A program made the translations under genes and the position numbers. Source: Parasitella parasitica NRRL 2501 (lineage: Eukaryota; Fungi; Mucoromycota). Taken from it: a stretch of DNA of 64,000 bases. The DNA lies in NCBI GenBank assembly GCA_025201805.1, contig MU619360.1:4616-68615 (forward strand). The letters are read 5' to 3'. How positions within the stretch are numbered: the first letter of the stretch is position 1; every line of letters begins with the position of its first letter. This document shows, piece by piece, positions 11,939 to 25,782 of the stretch. Below the pieces are notes generated by a model. That model saw only the letters and a list, made by a program, of their open reading frames with translations, was not told where the DNA came from and did no database searches.

Positions 11939-14900
11939 TTAGTTGACAACTAGCAATATACGGGATAATCTTTCGACAAGAGCGAGATGGATAGGGAAAC
12001 AATTACTATTAGAAGGCATTACATTTACAAAGGAAAGAGCGTGGTATTTTTTGACTATGTCCCTCAGCGTGCTATAAGCGGAATGGTTTGTTTGATTGTA
12101 AACCAAATGTATCTATGTGGGAGATGCAATCAGCACACTGTCAGTTTTTTTTTTTTTTTTTTTNNNNNNNNNNCATCGCAGGCACTAACCTCTAATACTA
12201 ATGGATTACAGTTGAAAAGCTCGTTATTAGGATTTTCTGTTGTTGGCGGTGTATGGATCATGTATCCACTAGCCAAGGGTATCATCCAATCTTCTCTAGA
12301 TATCGAATCTAAACCAAGAATACCAAGAGACATGCGTTCTCGTTTGTTTGAATAGGCTACACGGTGGTTCAATAACAAAGCTTTGGTTTGTCCGTTGTCA
12401 CTGGTATCTGAAAATATCTTTTTTGTGCTTGTTGCAGCGTTCATCATGCTGGGTGCGTTGGTGTTGAGTACATCCGTCGGTGCGTGCATGTCGTTCATCA
12501 TGGTATCGACATTGGTGGTATTCACATAAAGCGTAGACTCTACATCTAGACTGACAATCGCCACCTGCTCGTTACTTGGCAAACACGAAATCCAAGCGCC
12601 AAGTTCGTCCTCAAAAATGAGGCCCATTTTACATACGACAAAGGTCCAAGCGAATCCTGTACGTCTTGATATTTGCTTTGTTCGACTCCAGGCTTCTTCA
12701 AACACCGAGGACAACGGTAAATTATGGCGATGATTGTCTAAAACGGCAAATTCGATCATTTCTCCCTGGTTGTCTGTCCAAACAATGATCATCCATCTCT
12801 TATCCATACTAAAGGCGTAGCCCATGTGCAGCACGGCATGGCTTTCCAGGATGGTGGGGAACGCACTGATGGCTTTTTTCAGTTTGAAATGGATTTGTGA
12901 TGAAATAGGCTTGGACAGCACGAATGGCGGTGCGTACAAATCGGATACTGACCTGCTGCTGTCTGACACGGCTTGATGCTGTCTGCTGACAATCGTGTGG
13001 CATTTACTGTACACTGAAAACGCAACCTCCTTCATTCCAAATTTCACGCAGCCGCCAAAGGAGGTGGCCCGTAATACATGTTCAATTGGCATTAGCTGCA
13101 ACACTAAGCGAGCTGGGATTTTGTCTGGTATTCTGGGCCCAAGTGCTGGCGCAGAAGCATTGTATGCAGCCTTCATTTTACTAAAACATCTACTCAGGTC
13201 CAAGTGCGATGCCAAGTGCGTTGATGGATTGATCATATATATGACAATGTGCATGTTTTCAGCCATAGCGCTACCGAGCGTTGATCCTAAAACATGACAT
13301 TCTGCCATGTAACTGCGAAGTTGTCTACCTTGGAATGACTCATCCTCTAATTGTGCTTTAAGCATATAATAATAATAATGATAATGATAATAATAAAAGA
13401 GTATCAGAGGAAGACTGATTCGAGACGTATATATGTAGCAAAAATCACTTACGTAAAAGCGGTACCGGCACAAGCCCTTTTCGATAGGGTCCAGCGTTGC
13501 CCGGATGATGAACGCCCAACTGGCAGGTTTCATAGACAGTACTCAAACCTTTGAAAAAGTGGGCTACGCTGGTCTCTATCGATTCATTTTGGGGGTATAC
13601 TACAAAGTAACTCACTTGCTTTTTGGACGAGTAGGGCTCCAGTCTAAGCTTCTCCCAGAACATGATCAATTTGAAGGTTCCTTCTATAATATCGTCTTGT
13701 CGATTGACTGTAATGTTTGGTGGTTGCAATGTCCCGAGATTTGGTTCTGCAGGTCTTCTCTTCTTAACCTGGTATTTGCCGTACTTTGAATGCGCCTGAT
13801 TCGTTTCTATACAAGGGGTATATGCATGCGGGTTAGAGGTAAAACAGCAAGTGAATCATATATCCCGAGCTTACCTGATAGCTCATAATAGTCTTGCACA
13901 TTCAACGGGCCTTTTACAGTTAAAGTGGCAGGCAGCGGCAATGAATCAATGCACATAGCATCCAACTCAGAAGTGCTAGACTTCTTTTGCTGATTAAAGA
14001 TATCGGCCAAGACATTCTTGAAGCTTTGGTTCATGTACTCGACATCGCTGGGAGTAGAGGGAACATGAATAGTATCTAGTAAAATCATCAATATCAACTG
14101 CTCGTGGGCTTCGTGGGCTTCTTGGGCTCATGGCCCATGCCAGCATTACCTCCATTGTACTTCTGCAACAGATTTCTCCTTCTAGCAATCACAACTTTGG
14201 CGGACTCCCCTTCGTTGGCTTCGAATCCGTTGGAAGACATGGCTTCGATTCCACCTGAAAACGGGTAGCCGCCCATGACAGCCTGCTGACACAAGTAATC
14301 CAGCGCCTTTGTTTCCTCCAGCTCATTGATATCGATCCGTGCACCTGCAACACGAATCACACTATCAGTAACAGAACGAGCAAAAGGACTATCGTAATCC
14401 ATCATGATCTGGTCAACATTTGTCTTTGTTTTCATCGTCTCGGTATCAGCATCCAGCCGAGTGAGTTTTCCAACAAATTTGCTTTGCGCCAAAGACAACG
14501 AGTCCATGGTGCGAGTGATCTTGCTAGAGATATCCTCATCGTTATAGTCCTCAGCAGAATGCCCGTCATCATAATCATGGTTACTTTCATTATCGACATC
14601 TTGGTCGTCATCGTCGTCTTCCTCGCTGCTATCCCCGCCCAAGCTTGATTCCTCTTCCTCTTCCTCTTCCTCTCCCAGCTCCTGCTCCTGCTCCTGCTCC
14701 TCTTCCTTCTCCTCCTCGTCCTCACCCCCCTCGGGTGACGACGAGATTTGCTGCTGTATACTTTGTATAGAGGCTGGTTCTGAGGTGATTTGTTGCTCAT
14801 TGTTCGAGTTGGGGTGTTCAAACAGCTCTAGCGGCTTGTTTTCCTTGTTGATGGTATCCAATAGTAGCATTTTGCTAGATTTTCGTTTATTCCGTTTGCT

Positions 14901-16456
14901 GGAGCGCACAAGGGGGATGTAGTCAGGGCGGTAGTCTTTGTTTTGCCTGCGTTTACTGGAGAGTGGAGTATCTTGAGCAGGATAGGTGAATTTGCCGCCC
15001 TGGATATACTTGGCATCGTTGACCACAGATGCAAGCTTGATGGGTGCGAATTGTGGCGGAACGAATAGCTGCTGCTGATAATACTGCGGTTGCACTGGGG
15101 GCGGTGGTGGTGGTGGGAGATAGGCGCCCTGTTCTTGTTTGATATGCTCAAAGACCTTATTACTGTCGAACTGGTCGTGCTGCGCCATGCTCACTTGTAA
15201 CGGAGTCACTGACATGTCATGCTGCTGCTGCTGATCGAGATCTGTATCGAGCATATCCTGCTGTTGTTTTCGGTCTAAATCCATCAAATCCTGTTTGAAC
15301 TCGCTAGCAACATCAACACGATCTGGTTGCACATCCTGCAGTAGATCGTCTTTCGGTATTTCGTTTAAAATGTTTGCATCATCCAACAAAGCCGTTGACT
15401 GTGGTGGAGCCGGTGCTGTTGTTGTTGGGCCTGAAGACTCGAAGAAATCAAAGTCTGCATCCGTAACACCGAAATCAAAGCTGTCTAAATCGTCCATGCC
15501 ATCGTTACCCCAACGGCCGGGCATGTCCAGCACCATGCTATCGACATCCATGCTTTCTACCATCTCATATGCATCCAGTCCAAGGTTAGTCATTTGCGGT
15601 GATTGATAGCCTGAATTATTCACTACGTTATTCGATACAGCCGCCATGTTGCTATGGTTAGGGTTCACGTTATGCAGTTCTTGCTGTAGGGGATGCTGCT
15701 GTTGTGGTTGCTGCTGCGGTTGCTGAGGCATGTACTGTTGCTGATGCTGCTGCTGTTGTTGTTGTTGCATTCCAGGTTGGTTGTGATTATCGTTTGGCAA
15801 ATTTGGCTGGTTTGCCACAGATGCATGATTGGGGAGAATGGGGTACTCCACAAGATCATCAGTGCTATTCGGCATTGAAAAATTCTCCATGGCAAAATCA
15901 ACTAGCGATAGACCAGCCTGATGCTTGGGTTTGCTCTTTTGGTGCAATTGCTGTTGTGATTGCTGATGTTGATTCAGGGACAGCTGCTGATCATCGTCAT
16001 CGCAAGTATTGCTCGATGAAGAAGGCGTTGACGTTTCAGTTCTCTGGATTCCAGTTGCAGAGCCCGGAGTTGCTACTGATTTGGTAACCATTAAAGGACT
16101 AGCGATAACAGGCTCGTTGATGGCTTTTTGCAATAATCCAGCATTACTATTCTGCCCATTATCTAACGATAAAGTGTCTAGCACTACGGTAGTCGTTGAT
16201 TCTCTTGGGCAGGCATACTCCCAAAAATTAGAAATACGCTCACCCCATGCCCATCTTTGCCATTTGTCTCCCAAATCCTCTGAAAATCCTTGATTAAACG
16301 CAAATAATCCATTGACGCCTGCCATAGCATTGGGTGATATTCTAGAAGATGACGACAGGAATATCAAGCATGATGGATAATAATAGCTTTCATCGACTGA
16401 TGTGGTGCTTTTGATAGCTACTAAATTGGGCAATTGCTGTGCTGCTGGCTGTTTAG

Positions 16457-16487
<31 letters not shown>

Positions 16488-17639
16488 GTTTGATGCATTT
16501 GGGCCTGGCGGGCATTGGATCAAACGGGTGTAGGGTATATCTAACATTAACGACCATTTCTTCAAAATCATCTCTTCTATTTGGGGCGATAGTGGCTGTG
16601 CATTATTGGCAATCATCATAGTCTCACCAGTGGGACTAATAATCACTATATCATCCGTTAGATCAGGTCACTCATGGAGCATGGCCGTCGTCAAGGTTAC
16701 CTTTTTTACCACGATTGCGAATAGTTTGTATGGTGATTGGCCTTAACCGCATACGTCGAGTATTGGGCTGGAAGATGAGATTCGTGCTCGCTAAATAGAT
16801 GCTGTAGGAACAACATAGCACTGAATTCGTCAGCTTGGCAAGGTTTTGTGGTAATGTACTGTTTGCTTTGACATCTGCAATTACATCTTGATCGGCGTTT
16901 GGAAAGATGTAGAACTCGCCCAGAGGAAACGATCCGTTCTTCTTCATTTGCCTACAGTGTATAGCATTGAGTCGTTTTGAATATCGCAGCATAGCATCGT
17001 AGTATTTGTTGCACTTACACATGAATCAAGTTTCTAACTGATTTGATGAACCACTTGTATTCGTCAGACACTGTGATGGGAAGACATGTATTTGATTGTG
17101 TGGAAGATGCGCCGGGAGATGCTGTTGGTGATTGTATTTTCGAGTATGCATTTTCCCAGGTGAAGGAGCCTACTTTTGACTCTTACATTCCAAGCTTAAT
17201 TAGCATTTGCAGATTCGCTGTGTGTATGCCACCGCTTACCATCTAGCGCGTAAAGGTTATCGTTCGCGTCTATTTTTCCCGTGTGTCTTTCATCGAACCA
17301 AAAGACCCATAATTCAAGCTCAAGATCTCGTCCAGGCTCTGTCGATTCGCAACGTATTCGCCAAAAGGCCGGTATACTGTGGGCGATCATCTCTGTATAA
17401 GCCTTCAGCAAGGCCATGTCTTTGTTAACAGCGTCTGAAGGCAAATGGCCCCAAAAAGTATCGAGACTCTTTCTCGTAACATGTTGGTTATATACTCTAT
17501 ATCTTATCTGTGATACGCCGCTCTACATTCAACGATTAGTTGCCATTCAACAGACCAGCCAAAAACAAAAACAAAAAAAAACACAATGTATCCTGTTTAC
17601 CACAACGAGTATATTAGTTAAACTTGAATCTGTTAGCAT
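11939..17639 (-). CDS. MED13: Mediator kinase-module subunit Med13 (Ssn2/Srb9)
   Basis: N-term MLTDSSLTNILVV; ELWVFWF; YYYPSCLIF; FWEKLRLEPYSSKK; YETCQLGVHHP; LHMGYAFSMDKRWMIIVWTDNQGE; PLASGYMIH; C-term LRDIVKKYHALSF...PIHLALVERL. Confidence 0.9.
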
Positions 17640-18362
17640 GTCACGAATGTATTTCAAAAGTTCATCGACAATCCAGAGCGTCTGTCTATGTCTAATTCGT
17701 TTTTGACAGTTAAAAGAGCAAGCAGAAAAGGGGAAAATTCGATAGGAACAAAAAGATCGTGCTCGAATCAACTTGCTTAACGACGACGTCACTTGAGCCT
17801 GTTCGAAAGTGGCTGCCATCAGGAGGCTTTCCGTTGGCACAGACAGCCAGTATTCTTGCTCGTAAAGAGGTCTTGAACGTGGGCCTATGATTTTGGTTGA
17901 TGTTTGGTGTCTTTATCTTGGTGAATTTTTGTCTAAAAAATTTCAATTCTAATTTGGAATTTTTGATGCATACATCAATCCAGAACACCTGTATACCAAT
18001 CCAATCTCATATTTGGGTACAATGGCAGAAATTGATTGCTGTAGTCGTCGGCATTCTTTCCAAGGCTATGAATGCATCATACATACGGCTCTCTAGACAA
18101 ACAAAAAAGACGGCATCAAAAGTCAACAACTATAAGCTGCCAATCATTGTGGATTGGGGGAAAAACAAAGTGAAAAGTTCAAAATTCAAATCAGATGGAA
18201 TAATGCTATTTTCAAGAAATTTATTGTTTGTTCCAGTGTTTAATCAGATACATTCATAATTAGGGTTCGTTTTGGAAATCAAGTGAACATCTGTTCCACC
18301 AGGTCCTTTAATGGATCAAGAAGGAGACTGAATCAGCTTGTTTTTTTATCTTGCTTGTCGTT

Positions 18363-18569
18363 TTATTCATCGCTAGGTATGAGCCATGTTGAAGGATAAC
18401 AAAATTTTCCTGAGCCCTCCGCTTTAATCTCGGTACACGTATGAAACTCGACACAGTTATCGCTCTGGCAAGGTTGGAAGGACCCAATACGGTCACCATC
18501 AGCGAATACCAAGATGGATAAAGACATGACCATAAGAAACATGGCATAGAATTTGAGATTGAGTTGCAT
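18363..18569 (-). CDS. small secreted cysteine-rich peptide (68 aa)
   Basis: Signal-peptide-like MQLNLKFYAMFLMVMSLSILVFA followed by a 45-aa mature part with C-x4-C-x5-C-x11-C. TATAAATA on the minus strand at 18626-18633. Confidence 0.6.
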   Translation of the reverse strand: MQLNLKFYAMFLMVMSLSILVFADGDRIGSFQPCQSDNCVEFHTCTEIKAEGSGKFCYPSTWLIPSDE

Positions 18570-18984
18570 GTTAAAAAAAAAAAAAGGGTAATTAATGAAG
18601 GTGAAGAGAACAAGAAAGAATACGATATTTATACACATTGGTCCAACTCATACGCATGATAATTTACTTTCTTTGTTCTCGACGTCTCGGTTTGATTGAG
18701 CGAGAATTGAGACTAGAGTCTCTGTTAAATTTCGTGATCATTGTAATGAAAGCATTGTCTAGTTGCGTAGTCATATCCCAAGTTATCAGACCCGCACACT
18801 TGCGCAGCACACTTCCATCCGTAAGTATCAAGACCTATACTGCTGTTTGTTTCAGGAAAATGAGAAAAAATTTCAAATTATTGAGAAACAGGAAATAACA
18901 AATGAGAAAAGTTGATAATCAATAAAGGCATTGTTATAACTGAGCGTTAGTGATAGTACTAAATTCCCTCCTATATAAGTACTA

Positions 18985-19115
18985 ACTGTCGGATAGAATA
19001 CTTTGGGATGTTCATCGAGAAACTCTATCGTTGCCAAAACCTGAATGTTGCCTTCACATCTCGCTGCCATACACGTCCACAGTTTTTACAGACTAGGACG
19101 CAATGCAAGATAGAT
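18985..19115 (-). pseudogene. decayed Fanzor/TnpB C-terminal fragment (Zn ribbon + RuvC-III)
   Basis: LHCVLVCKNCGRVWQRDVK, then after a frameshift GNIQVLATIEFLDEHPKVF. This resembles the C-x2-C-G-x2-W-x-R-D-x-N-A-A-x-N...RP-x2-F terminus of TnpB/Fanzor. Confidence 0.6.
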
Positions 19116-20214
19116 GCTTTGCTGCTCCAAATTGTCAGAGCTCCAAATTTGTGCATAGCCTGAAGCTGATTGACTTGGTCAAGAGCGTGTTTCCTGTACA
19201 CAAGCAATGGTTTGGAAACAATAATCTTGCACGCAACGTCTTTATCTCAATATGTTTTCTCGCAAAATCCAAAATCCAAAATAAATTTCCTATTATGCTT
19301 ACTTTACGCATGTTGTTTATGCTCGTTAATGAAGTCGTTACTATAGAATTTCAAATAAACTGTCTATATTATAGCATTAGTTTTTGATTTAGGGTACAAG
19401 ATTGTGTGCTACTCGAGACACGTTGCTTATTTTTTAAAGGCACAAAGTAATAGACTCGTTCGTTTTGGCTCATTTTTCTTTGATCCTGCTAAATGGAGGA
19501 GGATGAAGTATACTCTGTTTCATATGCATTTCAAAGCATCACAAAAGTAAAGCCTCTTGTCAGTCTTCCTATCCCCATCAAGTATTCACTTATTCTCAAG
19601 CCTTCTCTCATTTCTGGAATAGGGCCTATAAATAAGTCATCAGAGATTTCATTGTTGCTGAATGTTTCTCGAAAGAAACAAAGATCGACTAGCGTCTATT
19701 ATCTTCTAATTTTATACATACAATGAATTGCTATTTTGTGTTAGTCAACATTCGATCTTCAACGTGGTTTCCTCAAAGCTAACCAATGAACCTGTATATC
19801 TCTTAATGAGCTGCATATAGACCTGTGTAAACCTTATGTTGGCTATACACAAAGTCAATGTAAATTGTAAGGTCTACATCCAACTAGTATTTTGCAAAGA
19901 TTACTATCTTCTCGGCCAATCCATTCCTTGAATGTTAGCATCCACCAGGTATCAACGGTGCTCCTTGGATAAACCATTAAAACCATTAGAACCATTTCCA
20001 CTGGATGAAATGGTCTAGTGTTACATACGGCAAAACATTGTAGTCAATCTTTAACCTTTATACCAAAACGGCCGTCCAGTTAGCAAGCTGCCAGACAAAA
20101 TTTTCTTCAATTTTTTATATTTTATTTAAAGGTTTAATACAAGGAAGTGGAAGCGATATACTATTATATTTATTCAAAATGTTGAGGATGGGAGTTGAAG
20201 GTTTCTTTGAGAAT

Positions 20215-21800
<1,586 letters not shown>

Positions 21801-22692
21801 TGTTTAGATGTATAAAAAAGGTAAATAAAGGGAAGAAGAGGGACAAAGTTGGGAGTTTTAAAAAAAAGGATTGTAAAATACAAAAATTTAGCAAGTCCTT
21901 GTCAGAAATGAAAAAAGCGGGGGTGTGCTGGAAGAACTATCCAGGGCCACAGCGCTGTCCAATGTGCTCCGTTTTCGGCGCATTTTACAGATTGAAAGCC
22001 TTATTCTCCTTTTTTGTGTTTTTGTTTAATGCGTATAATATCGCTAAATTGCTCCTCTGCCAGCTCATTGCTCTTTATTTTGAGCATCCTCTTTGTGAGG
22101 TGCAAGTGTTCCAATCTTTCTTTCTCTGGGGACGGCACCTGTGGATCTCCGATCCCCCCGGATAATCATATTGGAAGATGTTGATCCGATTTGGTGTATG
22201 TTGACACCCGCTGGTTAAAACGAATGAGATCCCCATAAATACCCTTTCCAATCTAAGAATATTCATTTTGACATTGCACATCGAGCTACGACTTTTGCGA
22301 TTGGGAATAATGCCTATTCCAAGGACATTTTACGCTCTTTGCATAAACTACTATGTACCTGGCACTTTGCTTGCAAATAAATGTGCTTTCCAGAGCCAGA
22401 ATTCGAAGCGAGAAAGTCTCGCTCAACCGATTCAGGGGAGAATATGTCAAAGTTTGCCCATGATTGTAGTAGTTATATGCTTCCAAACTGTGTATGCTGC
22501 ATTGTACAATCTAATCATATTAGCTTATTGAAAGAGTATCTTTGATTGTTATGAATTTCAATTATTTCTGCTGCATAGAAAGAATATCACGACTCTTTAA
22601 ATGCATAATAAGCGTCTGTATCATAATTTAACTTCTTTATTTTTATTTTTATTTTTTCTCTTCTCGAGCTATTTTGTTTTTAACATTTGAAG

Positions 22693-23220
22693 ATGAGTTC
22701 CTTTCTAGTTTTCCCTTGGTGTTCGTGGTGGTCTAGAAACGACAGGCCAGTTGCTAGTAAAATGGCTGAGAAAAAAAATGCATCGAACCTCAAAAGATCT
22801 GGTAGTGAAAATACTTTGGCAGCAACAGATCAAGCTAAATCAGAATTTCCTCAACTAACACAGATCCAGATAGTTCTCATTGTCGTATTCTCTTCTCTTA
22901 TGTTATTCACAATATTATGTTTTGTTTTGTTCCAACTATACAAACGTAGCAAGGCCAAAAAGCAGCAAGAAACAAATCAAAATCAGAATCAGAATCAGAA
23001 TCAGAATCAATATCAGAATCAGAATCAATATCAGAATCAGAATCATACACAAAGCGAGATCTTTCTCGAGAATGCTTACGGTTCAAAAGAGCCAATGATT
23101 TACGGTGCTAATACCGATTTTAATTCCTCTGCATTTCGTAATCTATCGGCGTCAATGACATTCACCGTCTCTTCTTCACAGAGCACAAGCCGATTTCAAG
23201 AGTTTTTTGAAACAGATTAA
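22693..23220 (+). CDS. hypothetical single-pass membrane protein with QN repeat
   Basis: Open ORF with one hydrophobic helix followed by a basic stop-transfer (YKRSKAKK) and an (NQ)n tract. Confidence 0.5.
   Translation: MSSFLVFPWCSWWSRNDRPVASKMAEKKNASNLKRSGSENTLAATDQAKSEFPQLTQIQIVLIVVFSSLMLFTILCFVLFQLYKRSKAKKQQETNQNQNQNQNQNQYQNQNQYQNQNHTQSEIFLENAYGSKEPMIYGANTDFNSSAFRNLSASMTFTVSSSQSTSRFQEFFETD
22974..23046 (+). repeat. AATCAG hexamer tandem repeat
   Basis: About 12 imperfect copies directly visible. Confidence 0.9.
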
Positions 23221-23499
23221 TCTTGATCTGCTGGGTCGTCCTCTATGCACCACCACGTTACAAACCCCATATACTTTATCAATAAAGCACTATCCTTATC
23301 TTCATACAAGACCTTCAGATATTACACAACAATCTTATTATCCAGACATGTCTGTTTAATGGTTACTTTTTACTAGGTTTCCTTTGCTCGATACATATAC
23401 TCTTTTCGAACTCTCTCATTGCCGAACTCTCTAAATAGCCCAAGTTCCCAACAATGACCCCCCCCCTAGTTTATTCGCCCAGTCAACTCTTTCCTGGAA

Positions 23500-25422
23500 T
23501 CATCCACAAAGGTAAATAAGGTTGACAAATGGTTGTGGCTTTGATTCATGAGGGTGGTTTCCTGAGGCTCTTCCACATTAGATTAACACTTAATCCAATT
23601 AACTGGTCGTATTTCCGCTGCTCTAGAGAGATATACCGCACGTCTAGCTACGGAATACTGACACGCCCGCTTGGGATTGTTTGTTGTATGTTGTCTCTGG
23701 CTCTTGCGTTCCCTTCGTTTCTGTACTGGCGCTACCGGTATCGGTCATTTGTATCCTCCACGTTAGAGTATATTTTTATATTGTAGGGTCCTCCCCCACC
23801 GATTGATTCTTATGATACTTTGCTGGCCCCTCAATAACAAGTGCGCAAACGCGACAATAGGATTCGTCTCCTCGTTTACATTATCAACTTCTGGGGTTTT
23901 TTTTAACTTTCTTTTGTTGCTATGTAGCAGCCTATTTGTGCCCCATGTGTGCCCAGTCTGTGCATATACAACCGATTCAGCCGATCATTTTATATATTTC
24001 AATCAGCAGCACTCCTCCCCCCCCCCCGTATTGACATCCAAAAGGTTGATTGATCAAGATCAAAATTTGTGATTCATTTTATTCTAGTATTTTTTGCTGA
24101 TTGCACCTGCCCGCGGAGCAAGTAAAGGATTCGATGATGTTTCTGAAAAGAAAGCCCTTCTAGAGTTAGGCCTGAACTGTTCGGCAAGTGTCTCTTCTTC
24201 CACATCAGCAAAGACTTTTTCGTTTCTCATCTCTGACAAACCCTATCCATTGGAAAAGTGGCAAATCACTAGGCACAACAGACCCACTTAAATTAATAGG
24301 ATCATGTTCAGCAGTATCAGAGCTACTCAATCTTTGGTCGATACAGAATGTAAGGAGGATAGAATCGGTTGAGTACATTGATACAATCCTGAATAGAACG
24401 GCACATATAACTCTTGGTAACCGAGCGTTGAAATTCAATGATGACAGGAGGAAACGACTGCATGGCAAATGACTGAAGGATATAAAGCACGTCGCATTCA
24501 GCACCATCAGTGAAAGCTCTGTTTGTGCTGGTACAAGCTCTTTCCTACACTTTTAATACACTTGCAGTTATTATATCCACTGTTGACTGGTGTCTGATTG
24601 TTAACTTGCTGACGCGGGCTTCTCCAGGTTTGTGGGAGCGAGACAATTTGATAGAGCAAGCTCCACAGGGAACCCAAAAATAGAATATGAAGATGACATG
24701 AAAAATGACATGATGAATGTCTGCTGTGTTGATCCCCATTAGCATTTGATGCTGTCGTTACAACGTGGCATCGATAGCAAAAGTTTCACTGTAAACAATA
24801 GCGCTACGATGCATGAGGAAAAATTGACGTCTCTTCTTTTTGTTTGATTTGATTTGATTCAATTAGGTCAGTCATGTTCTTCCATCTCTACCTTCCAATT
24901 GCGTATGTCGTCATAAGTCAAGATGGATCCGCCGTCAGTTTCACGTATCATGCGTCTTATTTCAGGAACACTGTTGCCTGCACGAATCATTTGCTGTACC
25001 AAAGCCGTTGTCTCGGATTTTATGAGGGCCCTTTTGGATCTGGGCAAGTGCTGAAAGCTCTCCAAAGTTAAAGGATGGTTATGTGCCTGCTCATTATTCT
25101 CTGCCTTTTGCTTCAGCAACTTCCACTTTGACCCATCAGCAGCCTTCTTCGAATAGCTAATCTTGAAGATGTAGGGACAGTTGGTTTTCAACGATTTCCT
25201 CGTGCGCTGGCGAACAGCAATGGCTTTAAGCTTGGTCTCGCCCCCAAGCTTGCAACGAAGGTGCACACGTCGTTCTTTTTCGTTCTTGCTGATGACCAAT
25301 TCAAAAAAGTTCTTTTGGGCCCAGTCTGTCAAGATTTTGACAATCTCTTGGTACGATGCATACTTTGCATTCAAGATTGTTGCCTCTAGTGGAGTGTCTG
25401 GATAATAGTGCTCTTGATTCAT
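23500..25422 (-). mobile_element. decayed Mutator-like (MULE) transposase locus
   Basis: A FAR1-type DNA-binding ORF is followed by broken frames containing FFLMHRSAI and YSETFAIDATL* (MULE first catalytic Asp context, ~24765-24825) and a possible SWIM remnant (HLPC). Element ends not identified. Confidence 0.55.
24868..25422 (-). CDS. FAR1/WRKY-GCM1-type DNA-binding domain protein (MULE-derived)
   Basis: WAQKNFFELVI...LRCKLGG...RKSLKTNCPYIFKISY...W...HNHPL followed by an HTH-like IRRMIR...LTYDDIRN. Confidence 0.7.
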   Translation of the reverse strand: MNQEHYYPDTPLEATILNAKYASYQEIVKILTDWAQKNFFELVISKNEKERRVHLRCKLGGETKLKAIAVRQRTRKSLKTNCPYIFKISYSKKAADGSKWKLLKQKAENNEQAHNHPLTLESFQHLPRSKRALIKSETTALVQQMIRAGNSVPEIRRMIRETDGGSILTYDDIRNWKVEMEEHD

Positions 25423-25782
25423 TGTTCACAGTTGTATAGGTATACAATTGTAAAAAAAAAAAAAAGCCCTTGCCCCGTCTGTTTATAAGCAACCCCAAAT
25501 TGTGATTTCACGTGAACACTCCTTTGTCTACCACCTCCCAACAAAGGTGTCTCGAGATCACAGCGTCAGTCAAGTCTAACCCATACAACTGCATCATCGC
25601 TGTTGGTTGCCATGAACTACTGGCAGACACAAGCCCTATCGCCCAGCACTTGTATTGCACCTTTCCCCCCCCCCCCTCACTTGACTCCTTTTGATTCATC
25701 TTCTTTTTATTTATATTTAAACACACATAATTGATATATATAACAAATATTTTTTTTTCTTTTATACAAAGCGAACAAAAAC

